A stretch of 64,000 bases of DNA from an uncultured Fibrobacterota bacterium (GCA_963729895.1 CAVSQB010000016.1:1-64000); one strand, 5' to 3'; shown: positions 42,330 to 52,234, counted from the stretch's first letter. Notes: a model not told the origin generated them from the sequence alone. Numbers and translations: made by a program.

Positions 42330-42443
42330 TCAATCCTCGCAAACCCGAAATGCCGCGTCCGCACGGGATCCGCGCACGGCAACACTTCTTCCCTCCCCGC
42401 CCTTGGGAACAATCCGGAATGAAATGACAACGCACGGGCTGTG

Positions 42444-43325
42444 TTATTCAACCTGTTTATCCACTTCAACCCGGTTCTTTCCGCTTCTCTTGGCGTCATA
42501 AAGGGCGGAATCGGCTTTTTTTACCAGCTCCTGAGGCGTGCGTATCTTCTCACCGCACGACGCAACACCGATGCTCACCGTCACGCTTCTTCCGTCAAAA
42601 CTGCTCTGCGCGACCCGCACCCGCAGCCGCTCCGCAAGCGCGCCCGCGCTGTTTGCATCTGTCAAAGGCATTATCACGGCAAACTCCTCGCCTCCGTACC
42701 GGCAGCAGATGTCGGCCTCCCTCGCCTCCTCCCTGATGATCCTTCCAAGGCTGGCCAGCACGTCATCCCCTGTCTGGTGGCCGAACGTGTCGTTGATCTC
42801 CTTGAAATTGTCGATGTCGATCATCATAAGCGACACGACGGTGTTGTACCGTACATAACGTTTGAGTTCGGCGTCGATCTTACGGAAACAGCTTGAATGA
42901 TTGAACAACCCGGTGAGGCCGTCGTGCACCGACAGGCGAACAAGGTCGGCAATATACGCTTCATCACTGACGGTGGCCGAAGGAATTTCGGTAGTCAGGT
43001 TGGAAAGATAGTCGAGCGACGCGACCGCGATACGGATGTTCCGCTTCATAATGCTTGACATCTCATATTTATGACGCAATATCCTGTTCCACAGGTCTTC
43101 GGCAGCCGACGGAGAAAAAAAACGGTGGGTTATCGCGTACAAAAGGTCTGAGTAGAACTTTTCGCCGCGGTCCTTCTTCATCGTGTTTATTGTGTCGGTC
43201 TCCGGTCCGGACAAGGGCCTGTCACCCGCAAGAGCCGACACCAGATCAAGCGACAAAGGAGTGTAAAAAAGGAGTTCTTCCAGCGATGTATCGTCCCGCC
43301 TATCGCGTGTTGCTTCGGTTTCCAT
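42444..43325 (-). CDS. Diguanylate cyclase (GGEEF) with uncharacterised helical N-terminal domain
   Basis: DGLTGLFN, DIDNFKEIND, READ (RxxD) then GGEEF. Confidence 0.94.
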   Translation of the reverse strand: METEATRDRRDDTSLEELLFYTPLSLDLVSALAGDRPLSGPETDTINTMKKDRGEKFYSDLLYAITHRFFSPSAAEDLWNRILRHKYEMSSIMKRNIRIAVASLDYLSNLTTEIPSATVSDEAYIADLVRLSVHDGLTGLFNHSSCFRKIDAELKRYVRYNTVVSLMMIDIDNFKEINDTFGHQTGDDVLASLGRIIREEAREADICCRYGGEEFAVIMPLTDANSAGALAERLRVRVAQSSFDGRSVTVSIGVASCGEKIRTPQELVKKADSALYDAKRSGKNRVEVDKQVE

Positions 43326-43456
43326 TGGTTGATTCCCGGTGCAAAATGTGGTTTGACAACGTCCGGGTTTCCTCGCGGATTCAGCGATCAGATCCCCGCG
43401 CACTAAACCGCTTGACTTGTTGCAGCTGGCTTTATCAAGATACAATCCAAAATGAA

Positions 43457-43471
43457 GCAATCTGCATGCCG
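43457..43471 (-). promoter_or_regulatory. Sigma-54 promoter of the diguanylate cyclase unit
   Basis: CGGCAT-GCAGA-TTGC(T). Confidence 0.68.
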
Positions 43472-43537
43472 CCGAATATTCAAGATTTGCTCACCGAAGA
43501 TGAAAAATGAAGATTGTCATTTCATTTCTGAAAAAAC

Positions 43538-43558
43538 AATTCCCCGTAATTGGGAATT
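43538..43558. promoter_or_regulatory. Palindromic operator / enhancer candidate
   Basis: AATTCCC-N7-GGGAATT between divergent sigma-54 motifs. Confidence 0.5.
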
Positions 43559-43604
43559 TCAACGGGCGAACAACCTCATGGATGAATACTGCCTGTTTCC
43601 TGCG

Positions 43605-43619
43605 TGGTATAGAAATTGC
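43605..43619 (+). promoter_or_regulatory. Sigma-54 promoter of bfr
   Basis: TGGTAT-AGAAA-TTGC(A). Confidence 0.68.
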
Positions 43620-43665
43620 ATATTAGCAGGTCGCTAGAAAACTCATCACCAAAAAGGAGCGAGTT

Positions 43666-44136
43666 ATGAAGGGAAATGTGAAACTAGTTGAGGTCCTCAA
43701 TTCTCTTTTGGCGGACGAACTCACCGCAGTAAACCAGTACATGGTGCACGCGGAAATTTCCGAACAGTGGGGATATGCGCGGCTCCACGGCCATTTTCAA
43801 AAACGCGCCGTCGATGAAATGAAGCACGCAGAGAGGCTCATCGGCCGGATCATTTTTCTTGAAGGAAGGCCCGTGGTTTCCGAATACCGCAAGATCAACA
43901 TCGGACCGGAAGTCCCTGCACAGCTTGAAAACGACCATAAGTCCGAAGAAAGCGCCATTGCTTCGTATAACGATGCCATAAAATTTGCCGGTGATGTGGG
44001 GGATTTTGCCACCAGGGAAGTGCTCGAGTCGATTCTTCAGGACGAAGACAAGCACATCGACGGCATCGAAGAACTGCAGGACCAGATCAAACACATCGGG
44101 CTGCCGGTGTTCCTATCGGCTCAAATTAAAGAGTAG
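43666..44136 (+). CDS. bfr: Bacterioferritin
   Basis: ELTAVNQY, DEMKHA (heme Met), DEDKHID. Confidence 0.95.
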   Translation: MKGNVKLVEVLNSLLADELTAVNQYMVHAEISEQWGYARLHGHFQKRAVDEMKHAERLIGRIIFLEGRPVVSEYRKINIGPEVPAQLENDHKSEESAIASYNDAIKFAGDVGDFATREVLESILQDEDKHIDGIEELQDQIKHIGLPVFLSAQIKE

Positions 44137-44148
44137 GGAGGTGTACGT

Positions 44149-44496
44149 ATGGTTATGGCAATGATCCTGTTGTTCGCAATTGCCGCGATTGGCGGCATCA
44201 TTCTTGCGGTTTTGCATTTTGGGAATAAGACAATGCCCTTGTGGCTTGCATTGCTCCACGGGCTTGCGGCGGTTACGGGAGTAATTGTCCTGATTGTCGC
44301 GCTGGCAAAACTTGCTGCCGCCACGCTTCTTGTGGCAGCACTGGCGCTTTTCGGAATTGCTGCGGTTGGCGGACTAACGCTTTTTATCGGATTCTATATT
44401 CCAAAGAAACGGTTGCCTTCACCTGTCGTAATTTTGCACGCGCTTTTCGCAGTCGCCGGGTTTGCAACTGTGCTTGCCTTTGCGCTGTCTCATTGA
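44149..44496 (+). CDS. Small 4-TM membrane protein
   Basis: GGGAGG RBS; two internal repeats each with a His in the TM (LHGLAA, LHALFA). Confidence 0.75.
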   Translation: MVMAMILLFAIAAIGGIILAVLHFGNKTMPLWLALLHGLAAVTGVIVLIVALAKLAAATLLVAALALFGIAAVGGLTLFIGFYIPKKRLPSPVVILHALFAVAGFATVLAFALSH

Positions 44497-44540
44497 AGAA
44501 AATGAGGTCGCGCTGTGCCGTCCCTGCGGCAGGCTGACAA

Positions 44541-44579
44541 GAAAGGGGTACTTTGCCTGGGTGGCAAAGAACCCCTTTC
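44541..44579. terminator. Stem-loop between convergent genes
   Basis: GAAAGGGGTACTTTGCC / GGCAAAGAACCCCTTTC. Confidence 0.65.
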
Positions 44580-44650
44580 CGCTTGCAACTGCTTAACCTC
44601 TGTCAACAACACATGTTATACCACGGCCTTGCCTTGCGACTCCTTGCCTG

Positions 44651-45124
44651 TCACGAATAGAACATTCCCTTTCTCTCAGGCTGTAATTCCGGAATGGCCC
44701 GAGTCTGAATATTCGGGTCCGCACTGTTTTCGTATTCCGGGTAGTGAACAAGATGGATCTTGATCTTCGCCGCTTCCTGCTGGTCGAAGAACCGGCCGAG
44801 TTTACTCTTGATCTTTGCGATAACCAGGTCCCTGTTCGACTTGTTGACTTCACTGCAAATGATGCCGACGAGTGAATTTTCCCAGTACCAGCCTTTCACG
44901 TCGATTTCGCGCGTTGATGCGCCCAGCGCCGCGGCCAGGCTTTCCAAAAGCACCGGAGCGGGCCTGCTCCGGACTTTGAGTAATTCTGCTACGTCAAGTA
45001 AAACCACCAGAAAGGCCCTTCCCGACCGTTCAGTACGTTTCCGCTCCAAAACCAGCGTTTTGCGGAAGAACTCTTCAGAGCAAATGGCGGCGGTTTGCGT
45101 CGCGTTTGTCGTGATTGTGTCCAT
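44651..45124 (-). CDS. Stand-alone degenerate GGDEF-like protein, homolog of the priming glycosyltransferase N-terminus
   Basis: SEEFFR..L..ERKRTERS and REIDVKGWY shared with 11028-12188; AAAGGA RBS. Confidence 0.8.
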   Translation of the reverse strand: MDTITTNATQTAAICSEEFFRKTLVLERKRTERSGRAFLVVLLDVAELLKVRSRPAPVLLESLAAALGASTREIDVKGWYWENSLVGIICSEVNKSNRDLVIAKIKSKLGRFFDQQEAAKIKIHLVHYPEYENSADPNIQTRAIPELQPERKGMFYS

Positions 45125-45441
45125 AATGTTCGATCCTTTCCACGCTGCGGCGGCTACCCGTTACGCCGAAACCGCGTGTGCCATAATCCCGGTTTTAATG
45201 CCTTTTTCCCACCAGCGAGAACGCCTCGCCCGCGCTATCTTAATAGCAATCACCGCTATTAAACCGCAAGAATTGAGCCAATGTAACATGGGCAGGGTCC
45301 AACGCCGTCGGGTTGCCCCGAGAACGCCATAGTAGTTCACTATCCGGTTCATCTCTTAACTCACGCCGTTTGAAGACGTTGTGCGAAAGGATGACAACAG
45401 CAGCAGTGTCGGCGGAAAGGAATACCGCGGCGAAACGGCCA

Positions 45442-46110
45442 TCAATTCCTAAATCTTCCCCCGCCATGGCGGATAATGGATCCCTCCACCATGTAAATGA
45501 TGTCTTCGGCCACGTTGGTCGCATGATCCGCGATCCGCTCCAGGTGGCGCGAAATGGTGAGCATCTGCAGAAAATCGTCCACGCTGTCCGGCGCCTGCCG
45601 GATGCCGGCCTTTACTTTGTCGAACATCTCGCGATACAGCGCGTCCACTTCGTCGTCTGCGGCGCATACCGACAGCGCCAGCTTGGCGTCGAGATTGACA
45701 AGTGCGTCCAGGCAACTCTTGAGCATGGCGCGCGCCTTCTCCATCATGGTGGGAAAGTTCGAGGAGAAAACGAAATCGGGGCGCTCGGCAAGAGCCAGCG
45801 AACGTTCGGCGATGTTTACGGTGAGGTCGCCGATGCGTTCGAGGTCGTTGTTGATCTTGAGCACCGCAACAATAAACCTGAGGTCGGTGGCAACCGGCTG
45901 GTGAAGAGCAAGGACCTTGAGGCACTCCTCCTCCACTTCGATTTCCATGATGTCGACCGCCCGGTCCATGTCCACCACTTTCGCGGCGAGCTGGGCGTCG
46001 CGTTTCTCAACCGATCGCACGGCCCGCTCCACGTTTTCTTCGACCATTGCCGACAGCCGGAGGATTTTCTTCTTGAGACTGTCGATTTCCTTTTGCAAAT
46101 GAACCGCCAT
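45442..46110 (-). CDS. phoU: Phosphate signalling protein PhoU (copy 2)
   Basis: QPVATDLR, LERIGD, DDEVD, LERIADH. Confidence 0.95.
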   Translation of the reverse strand: MAVHLQKEIDSLKKKILRLSAMVEENVERAVRSVEKRDAQLAAKVVDMDRAVDIMEIEVEEECLKVLALHQPVATDLRFIVAVLKINNDLERIGDLTVNIAERSLALAERPDFVFSSNFPTMMEKARAMLKSCLDALVNLDAKLALSVCAADDEVDALYREMFDKVKAGIRQAPDSVDDFLQMLTISRHLERIADHATNVAEDIIYMVEGSIIRHGGGRFRN

Positions 46111-46136
46111 GGTTGCTCCTGTTCTGTACCGGTTTT

Positions 46137-47942
46137 CTATCCCGCCGCGGGCAAACGGATGGAAAAAGTACTGCCCTTTCCAACCGCGCTTTCCACCTCG
46201 ACCCTGCCGTGATGCGCCAGAACGATATGCTTCACAATAGACAGTCCGAGCCCGGTGCCGCCGAGCTTCCTGCTGCGGGCCTTGTCCACCCGGTAGAATC
46301 GCTCGAAGATGCGCCCGAGATGTTCCTGCGGTATCCCCATGCCTTCGTCCCTCACCGAGATCAGCGTTTCGCCGCTTGCGGGGTCTTTCTCCGCTGCCAC
46401 CCACACGCGTTTATTGGTGTCGCTGTACTTGACGGCGTTGTCGATGAGATTGACAACGGCTTGTTCGAGCAGCGACGGCTCGATGCGCGCGGTAAGTGCG
46501 CTATTGCAGGTCACCTCGAAGGTTATTCCCTTGTGCAGACCGCTTTGCCGGCAGGTGTCGACCGCGCCTGCAACCACGTCGGCAACCCGGCCGGGAACCA
46601 GTTCCACCGCGTTGCGTTCCTCGTCGCGTTCGATTTTCGACAATGCAAGAAGGTCCTCCACGATGGTGTTGAGCCGGTCCACCTGGCCGGCGACGATCCC
46701 GAGAAACCGCTGCGCGTCCTCCCGGCTGTCCATGGCGCCGCCTTGCAGCGTTTCAACAAACCCCTTTATGGATGTGAGCGGCGTCCGCAACTCGTGCGAA
46801 ACATTTGCCACAAAGTCTTTCCGCATTTTCTCAAGCAGCTTGATTCGCGTGATGTCATTGACAACCATGAGTGCTCCGATGCTGTTTCCTTTCGCGTCGC
46901 GAAGCGCACTGCCGTGCAATTGGAGGAACCGTTCTGTATTGAGTTCCGGTCCGGCGGCCGTCTGGGAAAGCAGCACGATCTCCCTCTCGGAAGGCCCCGA
47001 CGCCCCAAGCGCCTCGCCGAAAAAATCCTGCACATCGGTATTCCTGATGGCCTCGCCGATCCATTTGCCCTGGGCACCCTCGGGCGCAATATCGAACAGG
47101 CTATGGGCGGCCCGGTTGAGGATGATGATGCGCTCGTCCGCGTCCACGGCGATAACGCCCTCGATCATGCTCGACAGAACCGCGTCGAGTTCGTTCTTCT
47201 GGCGCGTGATGGTGCCGAGCCGTTCGCTGAGCTGCCTCGCCATTTCATTGAGGCCTATGGCAAGCGCGCCCGACTCCTCATAGCCGGAGACCGGCAGCTT
47301 GAGGCTGAAATCGCCGGACGCGAAACGCTGGGCGCCCAGCCGCATTTCGGCAATGGGCCGGCTCACTTTTCTTGACACAAGGTAGCTTGCAAGCGCGGCG
47401 AAAAACGCCATAAGAAGGACGGCCGCCGCAATGGCGCGGTACAGACTGTTGAGCGCGGCACGCACCGCAAGCGTCGGCAGGGCGGTCCGCACCACGGCGC
47501 ACAGGACGCCGGCATTGTACACCGGCATCGCCACGTACATCATGTTTTCCACGAGCGTCCGGCTGAACCGGTGGGAGAAACCGGTTTTTCCGGCAAGCGC
47601 GTCAATCACTTCCGGCCGGGTGCCGTGGTTTTCCATGGAATCCGGGTCCCTTTCCGAATCGCCGATCACTCGTCCCGAAGGCGCTATCACGGTGAACCTA
47701 GTGTTGACGCTACGCGAAATAACCTTGCACAGGGAATCGATGCTGCCCGCCGATTTCGATGCGAAGTGTTCCTCGATCTGCGACCCGATGAGTATGGCGC
47801 GCGCCTTGAGATCTTCCATGCTGTGCTGCAGATAGAACGTCCGGAAGGCGTGCGAGGAATACCAGGTCACGATGAGCACCGGAACGCCCATGATGAGAAG
47901 ATAGGAGAAGTAAAGCTGCCAGATGAGTTTCTTGGGCCACAC
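46137..47942 (-). CDS. phoR: Sensor kinase PhoR (2 TM, HAMP, PAS)
   Basis: FVANVSHELRTPLT, FERFYRVDKARSR, GGTGLGL; GTG start just after the phoB stop. Confidence 0.92.
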   Translation of the reverse strand: MWPKKLIWQLYFSYLLIMGVPVLIVTWYSSHAFRTFYLQHSMEDLKARAILIGSQIEEHFASKSAGSIDSLCKVISRSVNTRFTVIAPSGRVIGDSERDPDSMENHGTRPEVIDALAGKTGFSHRFSRTLVENMMYVAMPVYNAGVLCAVVRTALPTLAVRAALNSLYRAIAAAVLLMAFFAALASYLVSRKVSRPIAEMRLGAQRFASGDFSLKLPVSGYEESGALAIGLNEMARQLSERLGTITRQKNELDAVLSSMIEGVIAVDADERIIILNRAAHSLFDIAPEGAQGKWIGEAIRNTDVQDFFGEALGASGPSEREIVLLSQTAAGPELNTERFLQLHGSALRDAKGNSIGALMVVNDITRIKLLEKMRKDFVANVSHELRTPLTSIKGFVETLQGGAMDSREDAQRFLGIVAGQVDRLNTIVEDLLALSKIERDEERNAVELVPGRVADVVAGAVDTCRQSGLHKGITFEVTCNSALTARIEPSLLEQAVVNLIDNAVKYSDTNKRVWVAAEKDPASGETLISVRDEGMGIPQEHLGRIFERFYRVDKARSRKLGGTGLGLSIVKHIVLAHHGRVEVESAVGKGSTFSIRLPAAG

Positions 47943-47944
47943 GG

Positions 47945-48640
47945 TCAGGCCTGCTGTTCCTTGAACCGGTACCCGACGCCGCGCACCGTTTCGACATAGT
48001 CTCCTGCCGCGCCGAGCTTTTTGCGCAGCCCGACAATCAGCACATCCACCGACCGGTCGGTGACCGGATAATTGTCGCCGCGCACGCCTTCGACGATCTG
48101 ATAGCGCGAAAACACCCACCCGGGTTTGGCGGCAAGCAGATGCAGCACACGGAATTCCATGTTGGTAAGCTCCACGGGCTTCTTGCCCAGCAGCACTTCC
48201 CGGCGGCCCGGATGGACCGTGAGATCGTGAATGTGGAGAGGCTGGCTTTCGTCAACCGGCTCCGCGGATTTTCTCCGCAGCACGGTCTTGATCCGCGCCA
48301 TGAGAATCTTCGGGGAAAACGGCTTCACCACATAATCGTCGGCCCCGAGTTCAAGGCCCGCAACAACGTCCGATTCCTCGCCTTTGGCGGTGAGAATTAT
48401 GACGGGAACGGCGCTGGTCTTTCCCTCTTTCTTGAGCGCTCTGCAGACGTCAAGGCCGTCGACGCCGGGGAGCATGAGGTCGAGCACAATCAGGTCCACG
48501 TGTTCGTTACGGGCCTTCTTAAGACCGTCCTCCCCGGACATTGCGCTCAACGTCTTGAAGCCATCCTTGGTAAGGTTGTAGACGATGAGTTCCTGGATGT
48601 CCTCGTCATCTTCAATAATCAGTATTCGCTCTCTTGCCAT
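47945..48640 (-). CDS. phoB: OmpR-family response regulator PhoB
   Basis: REC (LDLMLP) plus winged helix (ETVRGVGY); pst context. Confidence 0.92.
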   Translation of the reverse strand: MARERILIIEDDEDIQELIVYNLTKDGFKTLSAMSGEDGLKKARNEHVDLIVLDLMLPGVDGLDVCRALKKEGKTSAVPVIILTAKGEESDVVAGLELGADDYVVKPFSPKILMARIKTVLRRKSAEPVDESQPLHIHDLTVHPGRREVLLGKKPVELTNMEFRVLHLLAAKPGWVFSRYQIVEGVRGDNYPVTDRSVDVLIVGLRKKLGAAGDYVETVRGVGYRFKEQQA

Positions 48641-48778
48641 AAAACCGTCCGATTTTGTTTATCGTCACTTTTGCCGGCCGCAGGCGGTGCAAAGGACACG
48701 CGGGCGGCACGTGCGGGACGTATCCTTAATATAATGCTTCAAAGGGTTGCATCCCCAATAATGCTCTTGTTGCTCTGC

Positions 48779-48872
48779 GCTCCCTCAATCCCCCGAAGGA
48801 GACTTGTTGGAAATAAAGGTCTTATTATGAAATCAACGTCCACCAAGTCCCCCTCCGGGGGATTTAGGGGGC
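48779..48872. repeat. REP/MITE-like pair of imperfect inverted repeats
   Basis: GCTCCCTCAATCCCCCGAAGGAGACTTG (48779-48806) and CAAGTCCCCCTCCGGGGGATTTAGGGGGC (48844-48872). Confidence 0.65.
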
Positions 48873-49565
48873 GACGCCGGGTCCTTCGTGTTCCGGAGGC
48901 ACCGGCGTGTCGGTATGGTGCTTCACCATTCGCGCCTGCGAATGAAATAGTTCCTCTTCGGCAATATTTGTCGACAGGTCCGCAATGCGCTCGAGGTTCT
49001 TGCTGACGCGGATGTATTCCATTGCAGCATCGATGAGCTGGGGATTCTTTTTTGTATTCATGATCGACTTAAGGATGATGCCGCGATTCATGCCGTCCAC
49101 TTCGTCATCCTGGAAAAGCAGGGCGCGAGCGCGCTCCGAGTCCTCGGTGAAAAAACTGGCCAGTGCGTCATGGAGCATCGCCGTTACCGTTTTCGACATC
49201 TCCAGAAGCTCGGGCAGTTCCTCTGCAAGACCGCCGTGCGCAGCGTTCTGCATCGCCGCTTCCGCGATATTCACCGCATGGTCGCCGATCCGCTCCAGCT
49301 CGTTGTTGACAATCTGGATTGCAAGCACCAGGCGAAGGTCCACGGCCACGGGCTGCTGGAGCGCAAAGAAGGTGATGACCTCGTTGTCGATGGTGATTTC
49401 AAGCGTATTGATGGCGGGCTCGTTATCGAGCACCCGTTGGGCCATAGCCGCATCGTGCTCGAAAAACGCGCGCGTCGACGACTCTACGGCGCGCTCCACT
49501 GCATCCGCCATGGTCTTGAGCGTTTCCATGACTCTCGAAATCTCTTTTTCAAAATGTCTTTCCAC
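48864..49565 (-). CDS. phoU: Phosphate signalling protein PhoU (copy 1)
   Basis: QPVAVDLR, LERIGDH, DDEVD, LERIAD. Confidence 0.94.
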   Translation of the reverse strand: MERHFEKEISRVMETLKTMADAVERAVESSTRAFFEHDAAMAQRVLDNEPAINTLEITIDNEVITFFALQQPVAVDLRLVLAIQIVNNELERIGDHAVNIAEAAMQNAAHGGLAEELPELLEMSKTVTAMLHDALASFFTEDSERARALLFQDDEVDGMNRGIILKSIMNTKKNPQLIDAAMEYIRVSKNLERIADLSTNIAEEELFHSQARMVKHHTDTPVPPEHEGPGVAP

Positions 49566-49587
49566 GGTGGTCCGGTTTCTCCTTTTT

Positions 49588-50364
49588 CTAGCCGAAGCGT
49601 CCGGTTACGTAGTCTTCGGTACGCTTTGATTTTGGCGATGTGAAGACCGTGTTGGTGGTATCGAACTCCACGAGTTCTCCCAGGTAAAGAAACGCCGTAA
49701 AATCGCTCACCCGCGCCGCCTGCTGAAGATTGTGCGTCACCATGATGACGCAGTAGTCTTTGCGCAGTTCGTAGATCAGTTCGTCGATTTGCCCCATGGA
49801 AATGGGGTCGAGGGCCGAGGCGGGTTCGTCGAGCAAGACGATCTCCGGCTGGATAGCGATGGTGCGCGCGATGCACAGGCGCTGCTGCTGGCCGCCCGAC
49901 AGACTCAGGCCGCTGCGGGTGAGCTTGTCCTTGACTTCGTTCCACAGGGCCGCCTTGCCCAGCACGTTTTCAACAAGTTCATCCATGGCGCGGCGGCTCA
50001 GCTTCCGGTACAGGCGAACGGGAAACGCTATGTTTTCATAAATTGACATTGGAAAAGGGGTCGGACGCTGGAACACCATGCCGATCTTGGCGCGGAGCGT
50101 GGACGCGGACGCGTTCGAGCTCACGATGTCTTCCCCGTCCACCATAACCTTGCCCTCCGCGGTCTGCCCCGGGTACAAATCGTACATCCGGTTGAGGACC
50201 CGCAGGAGCGTGGACTTGCCGCATCCGGAAGGCCCGATGAGAGCCGAGACGCAGCGGTCCGGAAAATCCAGGTTGATATCCTTGAGCGCCCGGTTGCCGT
50301 TGTAGAAGAAATTGAGCTTCTGCACCGATACTTTTATGGGTCTGGCGTTTGCGTCTTCGGTCAT
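49588..50364 (-). CDS. pstB: Phosphate ABC transporter ATPase
   Basis: [38 protein letters not shown]. Confidence 0.97.
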   Translation of the reverse strand: MTEDANARPIKVSVQKLNFFYNGNRALKDINLDFPDRCVSALIGPSGCGKSTLLRVLNRMYDLYPGQTAEGKVMVDGEDIVSSNASASTLRAKIGMVFQRPTPFPMSIYENIAFPVRLYRKLSRRAMDELVENVLGKAALWNEVKDKLTRSGLSLSGGQQQRLCIARTIAIQPEIVLLDEPASALDPISMGQIDELIYELRKDYCVIMVTHNLQQAARVSDFTAFLYLGELVEFDTTNTVFTSPKSKRTEDYVTGRFG

Positions 50365-51212
50365 TTTCCCCTCCGGGCAAACAGGATGTACCGCGCGAAA
50401 ATGCTGAGCGCAAGCACGGTAATGGTAATGAGCAGCGCGCCTGCCCATGCAAGATGCTGCCAGTCTTTATACGGGCTCATCGCAAACTGAAAGATGATTA
50501 TCGGAAGCGATGCGATTGGCTGATTCATATTAAAGGAGTTGAACTGGTTGTTAAGAGATGTGAAGAGCAAGGGCGCCGTTTCACCCGAAATGCGCGCAAG
50601 GGCCAGAATGATTCCGGTCACTATGCCCGGACGGGCCGCCCTCCACCCGATGTTCACGATCATCTTCCAGTACGGGCACCCCAAAGCCACGGCGGCTTCG
50701 CGCAGAGTGTCGGGCACGAGCCGCAGCATGTCTTCGGTGGTGCGCACGATCACGGGAAGGGCGATCAGGCACAGTGCAAGAGCGCCCGCCCACCCGGAAA
50801 AGTGTCCGGCCGGCAGCACGACAATTGTATAAATAAACAGACCCAGAATAATGGAAGGCGCGCTAAGCAGAATATCGTTGCAGAACCGGACTACATCGCC
50901 GAACCTGGAGTTCCGTCCGTATTCAGCAAGAAACGTTCCGGCAAGGACCCCGACCGGGACGGCAAAAAGGATTGCAACCGCGACAAGAAAAATGCTGCCC
51001 ACGATCGCGTTGAACAGCCCGCCGGCGCTGCCTGGCGCCGGAGTGCTCTCCACAAAAATTGCGGGCGAAAACGCGCGAAAGCCGTCCGCCGCCAGTGTCC
51101 AGAGTATCGCTACAAGAACGCTGATCGAAATGACCACGGCGACATGGAACAGCACGACCATCACCCTGTTTGCCAGCCGGCGCTTGACGAGAATTCTGGA
51201 GTCCGGTTTCAT
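50361..51212 (-). CDS. pstA: Phosphate ABC transporter permease
   Basis: [24 protein letters not shown]. Confidence 0.96.
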   Translation of the reverse strand: MKPDSRILVKRRLANRVMVVLFHVAVVISISVLVAILWTLAADGFRAFSPAIFVESTPAPGSAGGLFNAIVGSIFLVAVAILFAVPVGVLAGTFLAEYGRNSRFGDVVRFCNDILLSAPSIILGLFIYTIVVLPAGHFSGWAGALALCLIALPVIVRTTEDMLRLVPDTLREAAVALGCPYWKMIVNIGWRAARPGIVTGIILALARISGETAPLLFTSLNNQFNSFNMNQPIASLPIIIFQFAMSPYKDWQHLAWAGALLITITVLALSIFARYILFARRGK

Positions 51213-52234
51213 ATTGGAATCTTCCGGTTGACGGAATGAAGCAGAAAACGGGTGATCATCAGGACGACAAACGTGATTATGAAAAGAATCAGTCCAAGTT
51301 CAAGGAGTGATGACATGTACATCTTGCCGAACGCTTCCGTGAACTCGTTCGCGAGCGTGGCGGAAATGGTTGTGCCCGGCGCAAACAGCGACTCCGGGAT
51401 CCGGTGAGAATTTCCGATGACGAACGTGACCGCCATGGTCTCGCCCAGCGCGCGTCCCAGCCCGAGCATGATGGCCCCGATAATGCCGTTCTTGGTGTAT
51501 GGTAGAATGATGCGGTAGCAAACCTCCCATGTCGACGCGCCGGTACCGTATGCCGCTTCCCTCAACGCAATCGGCACTGTGGCAAAGGCCTGCAGGCTTA
51601 CCGATGCAATGAACGGCAGGATCATGAAGCTCAGGATAAGACCGGCGGTAAGCACCCCGATGCCGAACGGAGGCCCCTGGAACAGGATTCCGATGATGGG
51701 AAGCGGACCCAGCCTGTTGATAAGCGCGGGCTGAATTGTGCCTGCCATGATCGGGACGAGAACGAACAAACCCCACATTCCGTAGATGATGCTTGGGATT
51801 GCGGCGAGCAACTCGATTGTTGTAGTGAGAGTGGAGCGCAGCCGAAACGGGCACAGCTCGTTGAGGTAGAAAGCCGCTCCGAGCGCCAGCGGCGCGCCGA
51901 ACAGGACAGCCATCAAAGAGGTGATGATGGTGCCCGTCATTGCCGGCAAAGCGCCGAATTTATTGGTAACCGGGTTCCACGAACCATTCAGAATAAACGA
52001 TATGCCGAATTTGCGGATTGCCGGAAAACTCTGGTACGCCAGGAGGACAAAAATGGCGATCATGGTGGCGACAAGGATAAAGGCCGCAACCCTGGAAATA
52101 AGATTGAAAACAGGTTCAAACCAGTCACCGGACGCCACGCGCGGTCGCGGGCTTTCAATCGACTTGGCTTTTGCCGCCGCCAGACTTAGGTCTTGGGGGG
52201 ATGCGGCAAAGCTTGTTGCCATTTCATCGGTCAT
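51209..52234 (-). CDS. pstC: Phosphate ABC transporter permease
   Basis: IELLAAIPSIIYGMWG, GRALGETMAV. Confidence 0.96.
   Translation of the reverse strand: MTDEMATSFAASPQDLSLAAAKAKSIESPRPRVASGDWFEPVFNLISRVAAFILVATMIAIFVLLAYQSFPAIRKFGISFILNGSWNPVTNKFGALPAMTGTIITSLMAVLFGAPLALGAAFYLNELCPFRLRSTLTTTIELLAAIPSIIYGMWGLFVLVPIMAGTIQPALINRLGPLPIIGILFQGPPFGIGVLTAGLILSFMILPFIASVSLQAFATVPIALREAAYGTGASTWEVCYRIILPYTKNGIIGAIMLGLGRALGETMAVTFVIGNSHRIPESLFAPGTTISATLANEFTEAFGKMYMSSLLELGLILFIITFVVLMITRFLLHSVNRKIPI

Noticed and set aside
45313..47375. Long + strand ORFs over phoU/phoR, and similar ones across the window (e.g. 19266-20327, 50349-51239)
   Set aside because: Antisense shadows expected in GC-rich coding DNA
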